Notes: generated from the letters alone by a model not told the origin. Positions 8,742 to 19,729 are shown, counted from the first letter of the stretch. The stretch: DNA of 64,000 bases from an uncultured delta proteobacterium (GCA_963810935.1 CAWEPK010000008.1:256001-320000), one strand, 5' to 3'. Program-made: numbers and translations.

Positions 8742-9743
8742 ATGAGACTGCCCCCTTTCCAATACCTATCGCCGGGGAAAGTGAAAGAGGCTCTGCAGAT
8801 GCTGCACGACCACAAGGGAAGCGTGTGCATGAGCGCCGGCGGGACAGACATCGTGAGCCGTCTGCGGCAGAGGCTCGTTGCCCCGCGCTACCTGATGAGC
8901 CTCAAGAACGTGCCGGAGTTGAAGGGCATCAAAAAAAAGAAGAACGAGCTTGTCATATCCGCCGGGACGAGCCTGCGGGACATCGCGGAGGACCCGGATG
9001 TCGGCTTGCTTTTCGGCGCCCTGGCAGTCTCGGCCGGTCTGGTCGCCGCCTCGCCCATCCGCAACATCGCAACTATCGGGGGCAATATCCTTCAGGATAC
9101 GAGGTGCCTCTTACGTAACCAGTCGGAGCTGGTCCGCGACGCTGCGCCTGCATGCCTGAAACAAGGCGGGAAAGCCTGCCTCGCGCAAAAAGGCGCAACC
9201 CGGTGCCTCTCCGTCTACCAGGGCGACCTGGCGCCGGTCCTCATCGCCTTCGACGCCAAGGCCGTGCTGAAAAAACTCGGCTCGTCCAGGACAGCCCCCG
9301 TATCGGAGCTTTTTTCCGGCAAAGGGAACCAGCCGTTTGCAGTGGAAGACGACGAGCTTCTCACCCAGGTTATCATCCCCGTGCAGCACGGGCATTACGC
9401 CGCTGCCTATAAAAAACTGCGGATGCGCACAGGGCTCGATTATCCCTTCGCCGCTGCTGCGGCCTTCGTCTCTCTCTCTGCTAAGGGTGTGATCGACCGG
9501 GCGCGCCTTGTCGTCGGCGCTGCCGGTCCGGCCCCCGTGATAGTCGAGGAGGCGGCCTCCATTCTTAAAGGGCGCGCGCCTGCGGAAGCGGACCGCGAGG
9601 CGGCTGCGGCCTGCGCGCTCAAAGCCGCAAAGGTGATAGACAACCTCCCCCTCCCCGCTGATTACAGGAGAAAAATGGCGAAGGTGGCGGCGCGCCGGGC
9701 CATCGATGATGCGCTGGGCGCTATCTCAGGGGCGGGTGCGTGA
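8742..9743 (+). CDS. Xanthine-dehydrogenase-family FAD subunit with [4Fe-4S] insertion (HcrB-like)
   Basis: AGGTD, IRNIATIGGN; four-Cys insert TRC...ACLK...ACL...RC, then GDLAP. Confidence 0.9.
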   Translation: MRLPPFQYLSPGKVKEALQMLHDHKGSVCMSAGGTDIVSRLRQRLVAPRYLMSLKNVPELKGIKKKKNELVISAGTSLRDIAEDPDVGLLFGALAVSAGLVAASPIRNIATIGGNILQDTRCLLRNQSELVRDAAPACLKQGGKACLAQKGATRCLSVYQGDLAPVLIAFDAKAVLKKLGSSRTAPVSELFSGKGNQPFAVEDDELLTQVIIPVQHGHYAAAYKKLRMRTGLDYPFAAAAAFVSLSAKGVIDRARLVVGAAGPAPVIVEEAASILKGRAPAEADREAAAACALKAAKVIDNLPLPADYRRKMAKVAARRAIDDALGAISGAGA

Positions 9744-10231
9744 TGGCCAAGTCAGAGAAAATAATGGTGAAGCTGCGGGTTAACGGCGAGGATTATTCTT
9801 TACTGATCGTCCCCCATCTGACGCTTCTTGAAGCACTGCGCGAAGAGCTGCACCTGACGGGTGCCAAGGAAAGCTGCGGCCGCGGCGCCTGCGGGACCTG
9901 CACGGTACTCCTCGACGGCCTGCCGGTGCGTTCCTGCCTGCTCCTTGCGGCGGAAGCGGAAGGCAGGGAGGTTACGACGATAGAAGGGCTCGGCAAAAAA
10001 GGAGCGCTCCACCCCCTGCAGGAGGCGTTCGTCGCCCACCACGCGATACAATGCGGTTTCTGCACGCCCGGAATGATCCTGACGGCCAAGGCGTTCCTCG
10101 ACAAGAACCCGGACCCGACGGAAGAAGAAATACAGATGGCCCTTTCCGGCAACGTCTGCCGCTGCACCGGCTATACGAAAATCGTCGAAGCAGTCAAGGC
10201 TGCGTCCGCCAAGGCCGGCGGAGGTAAGTAG
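9740..10231 (+). CDS. 2x[2Fe-2S] subunit (HcrC/CoxS-like)
   Basis: CGRGACGTCT, QCGFCTPG, CRCTGY. Confidence 0.95.
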   Translation: MMAKSEKIMVKLRVNGEDYSLLIVPHLTLLEALREELHLTGAKESCGRGACGTCTVLLDGLPVRSCLLLAAEAEGREVTTIEGLGKKGALHPLQEAFVAHHAIQCGFCTPGMILTAKAFLDKNPDPTEEEIQMALSGNVCRCTGYTKIVEAVKAASAKAGGGK

Positions 10232-10238
10232 CGAAATT

Positions 10239-12522
10239 ATGGAAGAACTCTCTATCATAGGGAAGAGCGAGGGCGGAAGGGTCGATACTGCGGCAAAAGC
10301 GACGGGCGAGGCCCTCTTTTCCGCGGACCTCTCTCTGCCCCGCATGCTCGTAGGCAAAGTACTCCGCTCCCCTCATGCCCACGCCCGCATCGTCAGCGTC
10401 GATACGTCGAAGGCCGAGCGGCTGCCCGGCGTACGCTCTATCGTGACATCGGCTGACAGCACAGGCGAGAAGTGGGGCGTCTTCCGCTATACGCAGGACC
10501 AGGCGTTCCTGCCAGCCGACAAGGTCCGCTTCATAGGGGAAGAGGTTGCCGCAGTCGCGGCAATAGACGAAGACACGGCGCTCGAAGCCCTGAAGCTTAT
10601 AAAAGTCGAATACGAGGAGCTGCCCGCCGTCTTCACGATTGAAGAAGCGATCAAGCCGGGCGCGGTCCTCATACATGACACGAACCCCGGCAACATCAAC
10701 GTACACGTCAAGATAGACGTGGGCGACGTCGATAAGGGTTTTTCCGCTTCCTATCTTGTCAGGGAGGATACGTTCAACGCTCCGGAGGAGTCTTATTTCC
10801 AGGCCGAGCCGTACGCGGTCGTCGCCTCCTTCGACAGCTCGGGCAACCTCGAGATATGGATGCCGAACGCCGGCCCTCACCTGAAGGCGAAGCCCCTTTC
10901 AAACTGCCTGCGGATGCCCCTCAACAAGGTCAGGGTAAGAAAAATCACGATCGGCGGGGCCTTCGGCGGCAGGTCGGAGATATCGCCCGCCGACGTAATC
11001 TGCGCGCTCCTTGCCCGCAAAGCCGGCGTACCGGTGAAGCTCGCTTACACGAGAGAAGAAAATACGGTTGCGACGCGCCAGGCCCACGGCATGATCGTGA
11101 AGATAAAAACGGGCGTGGACCGGGAAGGCCGCGTCGTAGCGAGGGACCTCACCTGCCACATGGACGGAGGCGCTTATTCCAGCACGGGGCCTATCGCCAC
11201 GAGCGTGCCATTCCTCTGCATGGAGCAGGCGTACCGGATGGAAAACGTCCGCTACAACGGCTACCGCGTCTTCACGAACAAGCCGATAAGGGGCATGTAC
11301 AGGACGCACGGACGCGCCTTCGCCTCCGGCGTCGATTTGCAGCTCGATATGATCGGCGAGGAAATGGGCATCGACCCCGCCGAGATCAGGATCAGGAACG
11401 CGCGCCAGGCCGGCGACTACACCCCTACGAAATCGCTCGTCGTGAGCTGCGCCATGACGGAGACCATCGAGCGCGCGTGCGACGCCGCCGGCTGGAAGGA
11501 GAAGTGGGGCAAGCTCCCGCCCTTCCATGGTATCGGCATAGGGTGCAACTCGGTCCAGACGGGCTTTCCCATGGGCATAAGGGGCGGCTCTTCCGCCTTT
11601 ATCAAATTCAACGAGGACGGCGGCGCCACGGTCATATCGGGTGTCGTTGACAACGGGCAGGGCAATGAGAACATGCTCGTCCAGATCGCGGCCGAAGAGC
11701 TGGGGATACTGCCCGAAGACATACAGCCTCATCAGCGCGGATACCGAGGTGACGCCGAGCGACCCCGGCTCGTACTCAATGTGCGAGACCTTCGTCGGCG
11801 GCAACGCGGTGAGGCTCGCGGCGAAGGACGCGAAAGAGAAGCTTTTCAAGTTCGCGGCGCGCGCCCTTGAGTCGAAGCCGGAAGACCTCGCCGCCAGGGG
11901 AAGGAAGATCTTCGTAAAGGGAGAGCCGGAAAGGTCGATACCCTTTACCAAGGCAGTCCGCATGGCCCTTTCCAAGGGTGAGTCGATAGCCGGCGAAGGC
12001 TCTTACTGGCCCAAAGTCGACCCGAGGCGCGAGTGGGTAGATAACCCGGTCGGGCAGCTCAGCGAGGCCTTCTCCTTCGGCACGACTATCGTCGAGGTGA
12101 AAGTGGACCCGGAAACGGGACTTGTGGATGTTATAGAGGCCTGGGCCGCGCAGGACGTGGGGCGCGCCCTCAACCCGAAGATCGTGGAAGGGCAGTTCGA
12201 AGGCGGCCTTGCGATGGGCGGACAGGGCGGCATGCTGACTGAATTCCATGTCTTTGACCGTGGGAGGTGCCTCAATCCGGACCAGATGGACTACGGGGTG
12301 CCGCTTGCCCCCGACATGCCGAAGATCAACTCGATCATCGTCGAGAGCAACGACCCCGCCGGGCCTTACGGCGCCAAGGAGGCAGGCATGTCTATCGCCA
12401 TGTCTGCGGCACAGGCTTACGTCTCGGCCGTCTGCAACGCCATAGGGGCGCCGATCACGGAGTACCCGCTCACCCCGGACAAGGTCTTAGCTGCGATAGA
12501 GCGAAAGGGTAAAAAGGGCTGA
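10239..12522 (+). CDS. Molybdopterin-binding subunit (HcrA/XdhA-like), one +1 frameshift at about 11727
   Basis: LRSPHAHA, GGAFGGR, DGGAY, DNGQG; continues LISADT...DVGRALNP..VEGQ..GG in the next frame. Confidence 0.9.
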
Positions 12523-12527
12523 ATCCA

Positions 12528-12959
12528 ATGCAGGTCCAGAAGATCGACCACATATGCTTCGCCGTAGCCGACCTGGAAAAGACAAAGCGCATATACAGCG
12601 AAAACCTTGGTATGAAGCCGGACCTCGAGTACGTAGCCGACTCCGAGCACATCAAAGTGGCGCGTTATTACGTCGGCGGGGTGGCGATAGAGTTCATGGA
12701 GCCTACGAGCCGGGATTGTGATGTAGCCAAGTTTATAGAACAAAGGGGTGACGGCGCGTTCCTCATTTCGTACCGCGTCGATAACCTCGAGACCGCGTTG
12801 GAAGAGCTCAAGGCCAAGGGAGCGAAACTGATAGACGAAAAGCCTAGGGAGCTTTTCGGAAACCGATACGCCTTTATACAGAAGCCAAGCGAGATGGCAG
12901 GCGTACTGGTGGAGCTTCTGGACGGGGAGTTCGACCCGAGCCAGGTAAAGCGCACGTAG
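12528..12959 (+). CDS. Methylmalonyl-CoA epimerase family (VOC) protein
   Basis: IDHICFAVADLE, IEFMEP, GVLVEL; mutase context. Confidence 0.85.
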   Translation: MQVQKIDHICFAVADLEKTKRIYSENLGMKPDLEYVADSEHIKVARYYVGGVAIEFMEPTSRDCDVAKFIEQRGDGAFLISYRVDNLETALEELKAKGAKLIDEKPRELFGNRYAFIQKPSEMAGVLVELLDGEFDPSQVKRT

Positions 12960-13051
12960 AACCGGCAAAGAGAAGCCGGATACGAAAGGGTCGTCGGGCC
13001 TTCCTTTTTGGGCCGCCATGACCGGTTAATAAAATATAGGGGGTAATTATA

Positions 13052-14077
13052 ATGAAGAGATTCTATCTCGGCGTCGTGGTATGCCTTGCGCTCTTTCTTG
13101 TCATGGCACTTGCCGCGCCTCAGCAGGCCCGTTGCCAAAGCAAGATCACGCTCACCTACGCCAATTTCCCGCCATCGACCACGTTCCCCTGCGTTCAGAT
13201 GGAGAGGTGGGCCAAGGAAGTCGAGAAACGGACCAACGGGAAGGTAAAAATCCAGACATTCCCCGGCGGGACCCTCCTGCCGGCGAAGAATATCTTCGAC
13301 GGCGTGATAACCGGCACGGCCGACATCGGGAACTTCGCGATGAGCTATCAGCCCGGCCGGTTCCCCGTTTCCGAGGCGGTTGACCTGCCCATGGGTTTCA
13401 GCAGCGCCAGGAACGCAAGCCTCGCCCTCTACGACCTCATCGAAAAGTACCCCAAAGAGTTCGACAAGGTGAAGCTGCTGACCGTCTTCACCTGCCCTCC
13501 GGCCGACTTCATGACGATAAAACCCGTCCGCTCGCTGAAAGACCTGAAGGGCATGGAGCTTGCCGTGTCGGGTACGGGCGCTGAGGCCGTCAAGAGGCTG
13601 GGTGCCATCCCCGTGGCCATGCCGCAGTCGGAAAGGCCCGAGGCCCTGCAGAAAGGCGTAGTAAAGGGCGTTGTCTCTTCGATGGAGGTCCTCAAAGACC
13701 TCAACTACTCGGCCTACTGCCCGTATGCGACCGACACGAACCTCTTCGTCGTCACCTTCGCCGTCGTCATGAACAAGGATAAATGGAACGCGATGCCTGC
13801 CGACGTGAAGAAAGTGATGGACGACATGCGCAGGGAGCAGGCGGAATGGACGGGCAGATACGTCGACGACCACGTCAAGGAAGCCCTCGAGTGGTCAAAG
13901 CAGAAGTACGGCCACCAGGTTATCAACCTGCCTGCCTCTGATAAGGCGCAGATACCTGTCCTCGTGAAGCCTATGATGGACGAGTACATAAAGAGGGTCT
14001 CCGCTAAAGGGCTTCCGGGCGAGCAGATCGTACAGGACATCCATAAGCTGAGAGATAAGTACGAGAAGTCCAGGTAG
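13052..14077 (+). CDS. dctP: TRAP substrate-binding protein
   Basis: Signal peptide, VEKRTNGKV, PGRFP, DLKG, ALQKGVV. Confidence 0.92.
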   Translation: MKRFYLGVVVCLALFLVMALAAPQQARCQSKITLTYANFPPSTTFPCVQMERWAKEVEKRTNGKVKIQTFPGGTLLPAKNIFDGVITGTADIGNFAMSYQPGRFPVSEAVDLPMGFSSARNASLALYDLIEKYPKEFDKVKLLTVFTCPPADFMTIKPVRSLKDLKGMELAVSGTGAEAVKRLGAIPVAMPQSERPEALQKGVVKGVVSSMEVLKDLNYSAYCPYATDTNLFVVTFAVVMNKDKWNAMPADVKKVMDDMRREQAEWTGRYVDDHVKEALEWSKQKYGHQVINLPASDKAQIPVLVKPMMDEYIKRVSAKGLPGEQIVQDIHKLRDKYEKSR

Positions 14078-14293
14078 GCCGTAAGCGGGCAAGAGCGCAC
14101 CGGTCAATCCAAAAGTCTTAAACGGCCGCGGCCTGCACGAAAGCAGTGTGCAGGCCAAAGGCCGCTCGCAACAGGATCGGCAAGCGAAAGCAAGCAACGG
14201 GCGTTGGGAGGCGTCCGCGCAACAAGCGGGCCGGCCGCTTGAGGGGCCTTTTTTAAGGCCCGGCGGGCAGGTTCCGGCTCAAGGGGAGGTAAC

Positions 14294-14776
14294 ATGAAGT
14301 ATCTCGATTACGCGACCGTCATAATCAACAAGGTGCTGCTCGTTTGTGGCGGCATCGCAGTGCTTGCCCTTATGCTCCTCGCTACGGGCAACGTACTCCT
14401 GAGGATCCTCCATTTCCCTTTCAGGGGGACATACGAGATCGTCTCCTTTCTCGGGGCCATCGTCATCTCCTTTGCCCTGGGATACACCGTGAAAAGAAGG
14501 GACCACATCGTAGTGGATATCCTTTCGGAGAAGTATCCCGCAGTGCTCGCAAAAATTATCGACACCATCGCCGATATCGCCGTCGCGATATTCTTCGCCA
14601 TCGTCGCCTGGCAGATGTACGTATGGGGCATGAAGATCTGCGACGAAAGCGAGGTCTCCGAAACGCTCAAGATCATTTATTATCCGTTCGTCTTTGCGTG
14701 TGCCCTGGGTTTCGCTGCGCTCTCCTTCAACGCGCTGGTCGATTTCTTAAAGAAAATAAGCGGACGGGAGGCATAG
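14294..14776 (+). CDS. dctQ: TRAP small permease
   Basis: Four TM segments, HIVVD. Confidence 0.9.
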   Translation: MKYLDYATVIINKVLLVCGGIAVLALMLLATGNVLLRILHFPFRGTYEIVSFLGAIVISFALGYTVKRRDHIVVDILSEKYPAVLAKIIDTIADIAVAIFFAIVAWQMYVWGMKICDESEVSETLKIIYYPFVFACALGFAALSFNALVDFLKKISGREA

Positions 14777-14779
14777 ACG

Positions 14780-16087
14780 ATGAGCGGCCCTATGATAGGC
14801 ATTTACGGCATTCTCGTAATGTTCGCGGTGCTCTTCCTGCTCCGCATACCCGCCGGCTTCACGATGGCGATCGTAGGATTTCTCGGCGTCGCCTACGTAA
14901 CGTCGTTCAAGGCGGCTTTCGGCCTGATCGGCACCGATATGTGGAATATCTTCTCGAACTACGGCCTGACGGTCATCCCCATGTTCATTCTGGTGGGCGA
15001 GTTCGTCCACTACGCAGGCTATAACAACGGGCTTTATCACGCCACGTACAAGTGGTTCGGCCACTATAAAGGCGGCCTCGCCATAACGACCATCATGGCC
15101 TGCGCCGCTTTTTCGGCCATATCCGGCAGCAATACCGCGACCGCCGCGACGATGAGCTCGGTGGCTATACCGGAGATGCGGAAGTACAAATACCACCCGC
15201 AGCTCAACGCCGGGTCAGTTGCCGCAGGGGCGACGCTCGGGGTGCTAATACCGCCCAGCATCGTTCTCGTTGTCTACGGTCTCTATACCGGCCAATCGAT
15301 AGGCAAGCTCTTTTTCGGCAACGTCATACCGAGCGCCATACTGACCGTGCTGATCGCGTGCACTGTCTTCTACATCTGCTGGCGCCACCCCGACTGGGGC
15401 CCCGCCGCGGAAAAGAGCACCTGGAAAGAACGTTTCAAGGCGCTGCCCGACATCATCGACATCCTTATCCTGTTCGCCATAATAATGTACGCCCTCTTCA
15501 CCGGCGTCGTAACAGCCACCGAGGCCGCAGCCGCAAGCTCGACGCTCGGTCTTGCTATCTGTCTCGTCCGCAGGAAGATAACATGGCATGGCTTTATCAC
15601 GTCGATACTCGACACGCTCCGCATCTCCTGCATGGTCTTCATGATCGTCGCGGGCGCCGTTATATTCGGCCGTTTCCTCACCGTGACGAGGCTGCCCTTC
15701 GAGATAGCGGGGATCATAGGCGGCCTCAACATGCCGGGCTGGATGCTTTTGTGGGTTATCCTGATTTGCTACATCATCGGCGGCTGCGTGATGGACGCGC
15801 TGGCTTTCCTGCTTGTTTCGCTGCCGATCTTTTATCCCCTCGTGATGCAGCTCGGTTACGATCCGATCTGGTTCGGCCAGGTTATCTGCATAGTGACGAC
15901 CATGGGCTCGATCATGCCGCCCATAGGCATATGCTGTTACGTGGTGGCAGGCATGGCCAAGGACATACCTCTGGGTACCGTGTTCAGGGGAGGACTCTAC
16001 TACATACCGTCCTATATAATATCGATCATATTGTTGATGCTATCACCGTATTGGACGGTCCTCGTCTTATCGAACCTGGTGAGATAG
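14780..16087 (+). CDS. dctM: TRAP large permease
   Basis: IPMFIL, SGSNTATAA, GVLIPPS, DPIWFG. Confidence 0.95.
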   Translation: MSGPMIGIYGILVMFAVLFLLRIPAGFTMAIVGFLGVAYVTSFKAAFGLIGTDMWNIFSNYGLTVIPMFILVGEFVHYAGYNNGLYHATYKWFGHYKGGLAITTIMACAAFSAISGSNTATAATMSSVAIPEMRKYKYHPQLNAGSVAAGATLGVLIPPSIVLVVYGLYTGQSIGKLFFGNVIPSAILTVLIACTVFYICWRHPDWGPAAEKSTWKERFKALPDIIDILILFAIIMYALFTGVVTATEAAAASSTLGLAICLVRRKITWHGFITSILDTLRISCMVFMIVAGAVIFGRFLTVTRLPFEIAGIIGGLNMPGWMLLWVILICYIIGGCVMDALAFLLVSLPIFYPLVMQLGYDPIWFGQVICIVTTMGSIMPPIGICCYVVAGMAKDIPLGTVFRGGLYYIPSYIISIILLMLSPYWTVLVLSNLVR

Positions 16088-16096
16088 TACGAACCC

Positions 16097-16135
16097 CGAC
16101 CATGCCAGGCGCAAAACACGCCCGGCATGGTCGGT
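16097..16135 (+). terminator. Hairpin after dctM
   Basis: CCGACCATGCC...GGCATGGTCGG inverted repeat. Confidence 0.55.
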
Positions 16136-16392
16136 TATGCTCCGTGCATACGCAATTCAATCCGCTGAAAATACCACTAGACGGACAGCGATTGTCGATC
16201 CTGACTGCGAAAGGACGACGTTTTTGTCGAACAGTCCAGCCTACCGGCCTGGCATAGACAATTATATCAAGTAGTTATGGCTGGAAGGGGCAGGTACGAA
16301 TATTGCTATCATGTTTTGCAGATGGCACAATAGCCGCCGAATAAAGGGCCATTGACGGGAAGAAGGTACGGCGGTATATTAGGACGGGAAGC

Positions 16393-17520
16393 ATGAGCTA
16401 CTCGGTTTTTTCAAAAAGGTTTTCAGCAGGCGCCATACTTCTGGCAGTCTCTATTTTTCTTCTTGCATCCGCCGCCGCTCACGCACAACAGGCAGCCCCT
16501 TCCTACCCGCCTTCCGCTTCCATATCGGCCCCGCTCGTGCGGGAAGGCGACTTGGCGGCCGCCCTCGATAGTGCATTCGGCCTGGGCAACGGGCGCGACG
16601 AGGCGGCAGCCGAGAACCGTCTTTCCGAGATAGCCATCACCCCCAAAAACGGCTGGATCGCAGATTATCCTGTGACGCCCGATATCGCCTCCGAGATCCA
16701 GCAAGGGGTCATAGAAGCGGCGGATTCGGGCAGGCTCGGCTTCGGCAGGGACGAGGCGATGAACAGGCTCCAGACCGTGCTCGTAAGCGCCGGCCTTATC
16801 AACAGGCCTTATGACGGCAGCGCTTACGCCGCCGCCGCGCCCCAGTCGGCGAACCCCGGCTATCCATACCCGGACCCTGCGGCCCTCGGCGACTACTATG
16901 CCTCACAGGGGCCTCCGGTCCTGACCTATTACTCTCCGCCCCCCGATTATGCATACCTTTACTCGTATGTGGATTACCCCTTCTGGTATTCCGGCTTCTG
17001 GATGCCCGGCTTTTTCGTCCTGCGCGACTTCCACCGGCCTTACGGGACATACGGCCGCTCCTTCGTCTCCAACCACTTCGTCCGGCCGGGCACGAATGCG
17101 GTCTACCGCGTAAACCCGACCGCGAGGCTCGCGGGCACAGCGGCCACATACGCGGCTGCTCCGGCCCGTGGGTTCGCAACTGCCCGCGGCGTGGCGGGCG
17201 CTCCATCGTCCGCTGGAGCATCCGGCTCGCGAGGCCCTGCGGGCACGTACCGCTCCCCCGGCACGGCGGGCTCCGTACCGCGCAGCGCCTTCTCGCAGCC
17301 AAGCCCCTACGGTACGCCCCGTGTAGCGATGTCGGCCACACGCTCGGCCGCGCCCTCTGCGCCTGCTTTCAGCGGCGGACATAGCTCGTTCTTCAGCTCG
17401 TCGCACCCCTCATCCGGCTCGTTCCGTTCCTCCGGCGGCTTTGGCGGAGGGTCCTCGGGCGGCCGTTCTTCCTCCGGCGGTTCCCACGGCGGAGGGGGCG
17501 GACACGGCGGGCACAGGTAG
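16393..17520 (+). CDS. Hypothetical secreted protein with Tyr/Pro-rich core and Ser/Gly-rich tail
   Basis: Signal peptide (AAAHA), GWIADYPVTPD, YYSPPPDY..LY, low-complexity C-terminus; TTGACG-17-TATATT at 16352-16380. Confidence 0.75.
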   Translation: MSYSVFSKRFSAGAILLAVSIFLLASAAAHAQQAAPSYPPSASISAPLVREGDLAAALDSAFGLGNGRDEAAAENRLSEIAITPKNGWIADYPVTPDIASEIQQGVIEAADSGRLGFGRDEAMNRLQTVLVSAGLINRPYDGSAYAAAAPQSANPGYPYPDPAALGDYYASQGPPVLTYYSPPPDYAYLYSYVDYPFWYSGFWMPGFFVLRDFHRPYGTYGRSFVSNHFVRPGTNAVYRVNPTARLAGTAATYAAAPARGFATARGVAGAPSSAGASGSRGPAGTYRSPGTAGSVPRSAFSQPSPYGTPRVAMSATRSAAPSAPAFSGGHSSFFSSSHPSSGSFRSSGGFGGGSSGGRSSSGGSHGGGGGHGGHR

Positions 17521-17830
17521 TCACTGCGGATCGAATACTTATCGCGGATTAACGAGAAAGCAAAAAAGCTAAACCAATGCTTTGGGCGGCGGTAAAGGCG
17601 GGTGATACTATGGAGCAATGTGGGATACTGCGCAACCAACAAGATGCGGCGGCAAAATTGATGAGATAATTAGCGCGGGTACAGTACAGGTTTCAAAGGG
17701 GCCGGGAGATTTTGGATGGAATTCGCGTTGTTTTCGACGGCGCGCGGCGGAGGCGTACTCTTTTGTACGTCGAGCACGCCGCGCCTAGAAAACGACGCGA
17801 AGGCCGCCAAAAGATCCCGGCCCCCTATTT

Positions 17831-19135
17831 CTATTGACCCATTAGTTTCGTTGGCAGCCACGTAGCCAGTCCGGGGAAAATGAACAGCAGTATCCCGCCT
17901 ACCACCAGGCTGATAAGGAACGGGTACACGCCCTGGTAGATGGTCCCCATCGGAATTTTCGTTATCTGCTTGACGATAAAGACGCAGACTGCCACAGGCG
18001 GTATGACCACGCCTATCATCACCGTGATGGCGATGATCATGCTGAACCAGATGGGGTTATAGCCGAGCTTGATGATGGCCGGGAAGAAGATAGGCGTCGC
18101 CAGGATCATGAAGGCCAGATCGTCGATGAAGGAGCCGCCCAGCAAGTAGATGAAGGCAATGAGGACAACAATGATATCCCGGTTGAACGGCAGGGAGACG
18201 ATCCAATCGGCAGAGAGCATCGGTATCTTCGTGACGGCTATAAAGTGGCCGAGGATCGTCGAGCTCATGACGAGGAGGAGCACCATGCACGCCGTCCTCA
18301 CTGCCTCGATGATCGATTTAACATACGCCTTGAGGTCTAGGTCGCGCTTCAACAACGTCAAAAGGAGCACGAAGCAGGTGCCTACGCTGCCCGCCTCCGT
18401 GGGGGTAAAAAAGCCGAGCATGATGCCGCCGACCATCAGCAGGAAGACTACGACCACCCAACCGACCTCGGGGAGCACCCTTAGCCTTGCGCCCCACGAG
18501 AAAACCGGCCCTTTCGGCCCGACGGCGGGATTGATCTTGCACCATCCGTAAATCACGATCACGAAAAAGAAAGCAATAAGCAGGCCCGGAAAGACGCCGG
18601 CGAGGAAGAGCCGCCCGATGGACTGGTCGGAGATAATGCCGAAGATAATGAGCGTCACGGAAGGAGGCAGGAGTATGCCCAGCGTGCCGACAGTGGCAAC
18701 GATGCCCGACGAGAGCCGCCTGTCGTAGCCGTAGCGCTCCATTTCGGGGACGGCCACGCTCGCGAAAGTCGCGGTCGTCGCCGGGGTCGAACCGCATATC
18801 GCCTTGAAGGCGGTCGCTCCCGCGACAGTGGAAATGGCAAGGCCTCCCGGTATATGCCCTACGAATTTATAAGATGCATCGAAGAGCTTCTTCGCTATGC
18901 CTGAGTTGAACGCGACCTGACCCATCAATATGAAGAGAGGCACGACGGTCAGGCTGTACGACGTGAAGACATCGAAGAAGTCTTTAGCGAGCAGGTTGAG
19001 GGCCGCCTCCCATGACATAAGGATGCCGAACCCGACGAAACCCACGGCTATCATGGCGAACGACATCTCGATCCCCGTAAGGAAAAGCAAAAGGACCGCG
19101 ATAAGACCGATTATACCGACCGTTACCTCACTCAT
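17831..19135 (-). CDS. dctM: TRAP large permease
   Basis: VPLFILMG, GILLPPS, FTPTEAG, NPIWF. Confidence 0.95.
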   Translation of the reverse strand: MSEVTVGIIGLIAVLLLFLTGIEMSFAMIAVGFVGFGILMSWEAALNLLAKDFFDVFTSYSLTVVPLFILMGQVAFNSGIAKKLFDASYKFVGHIPGGLAISTVAGATAFKAICGSTPATTATFASVAVPEMERYGYDRRLSSGIVATVGTLGILLPPSVTLIIFGIISDQSIGRLFLAGVFPGLLIAFFFVIVIYGWCKINPAVGPKGPVFSWGARLRVLPEVGWVVVVFLLMVGGIMLGFFTPTEAGSVGTCFVLLLTLLKRDLDLKAYVKSIIEAVRTACMVLLLVMSSTILGHFIAVTKIPMLSADWIVSLPFNRDIIVVLIAFIYLLGGSFIDDLAFMILATPIFFPAIIKLGYNPIWFSMIIAITVMIGVVIPPVAVCVFIVKQITKIPMGTIYQGVYPFLISLVVGGILLFIFPGLATWLPTKLMGQ

Positions 19136-19610
19136 ACTTACCTCTCGATACTTTCACGATGTCGGCCAGGAGCACCAGGCACTGCACAAAACAACAGACT
19201 GCAAGGGCGTAAGCGACGGGATAGAACGGCAGGTGGCGGGTCAGTGTGACCTCGCCCGCGCTGTGCAGCTCGAACCCGAGTTTGAGAAGGTTCCAGCCGA
19301 TCAGAATGAAGAGGGTCAGTGCCATGAGCCTCGTCACTATGTCGAACCCGGCGCGGACAGCCTTCGGGAACTTGGAGTAAACGGTATCGACGTATATATG
19401 CCCGCGAATCCACGAAGTAATGGGGATCGCGAAGGCCAGCACCAGCGCCCCGCCCAGGCCTACAAGCTCGTAGGTCCCGATAATCGGATGTCCGAACGTC
19501 CTGCCGACTACATCAGCAGTAGTAAGGAGCATCAAGCCAGTGAGGACGACGCACGAGACGGCCTGCATCCACTTGCCCACTTTCTCGACGTATGCCAATG
19601 CGGTATCCAT
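19128..19610 (-). CDS. dctQ: TRAP small permease
   Basis: GTYELV, GHIYVD; ATG 19610 after GGAGG. Confidence 0.9.
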   Translation of the reverse strand: MDTALAYVEKVGKWMQAVSCVVLTGLMLLTTADVVGRTFGHPIIGTYELVGLGGALVLAFAIPITSWIRGHIYVDTVYSKFPKAVRAGFDIVTRLMALTLFILIGWNLLKLGFELHSAGEVTLTRHLPFYPVAYALAVCCFVQCLVLLADIVKVSRGKYE

Positions 19611-19729
19611 GAAGCCTCCAATCACGCAGGCGCACCGCACGCGGCATTTGCCCCGCCGCGCCGTTCTTTTACTTGACGTTTACCTATCGCACTTACACCG
19701 CGCGCAGATACGCCCGTCTCATTCCATCG

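Noticed and set aside
10239..12522. Naturally split Mo subunit or pseudogene
   Set aside because: A single extra base restores a continuous full-length protein; no RBS or start for a second gene and no other decay
8742..12522. Naming the enzyme hcrABC
   Set aside because: Active-site motifs diverge and no benzoyl-CoA pathway genes are adjacent
17521..17830. ncRNA or small gene between convergent genes
   Set aside because: No convincing structure, RBS-linked ORF or repeat
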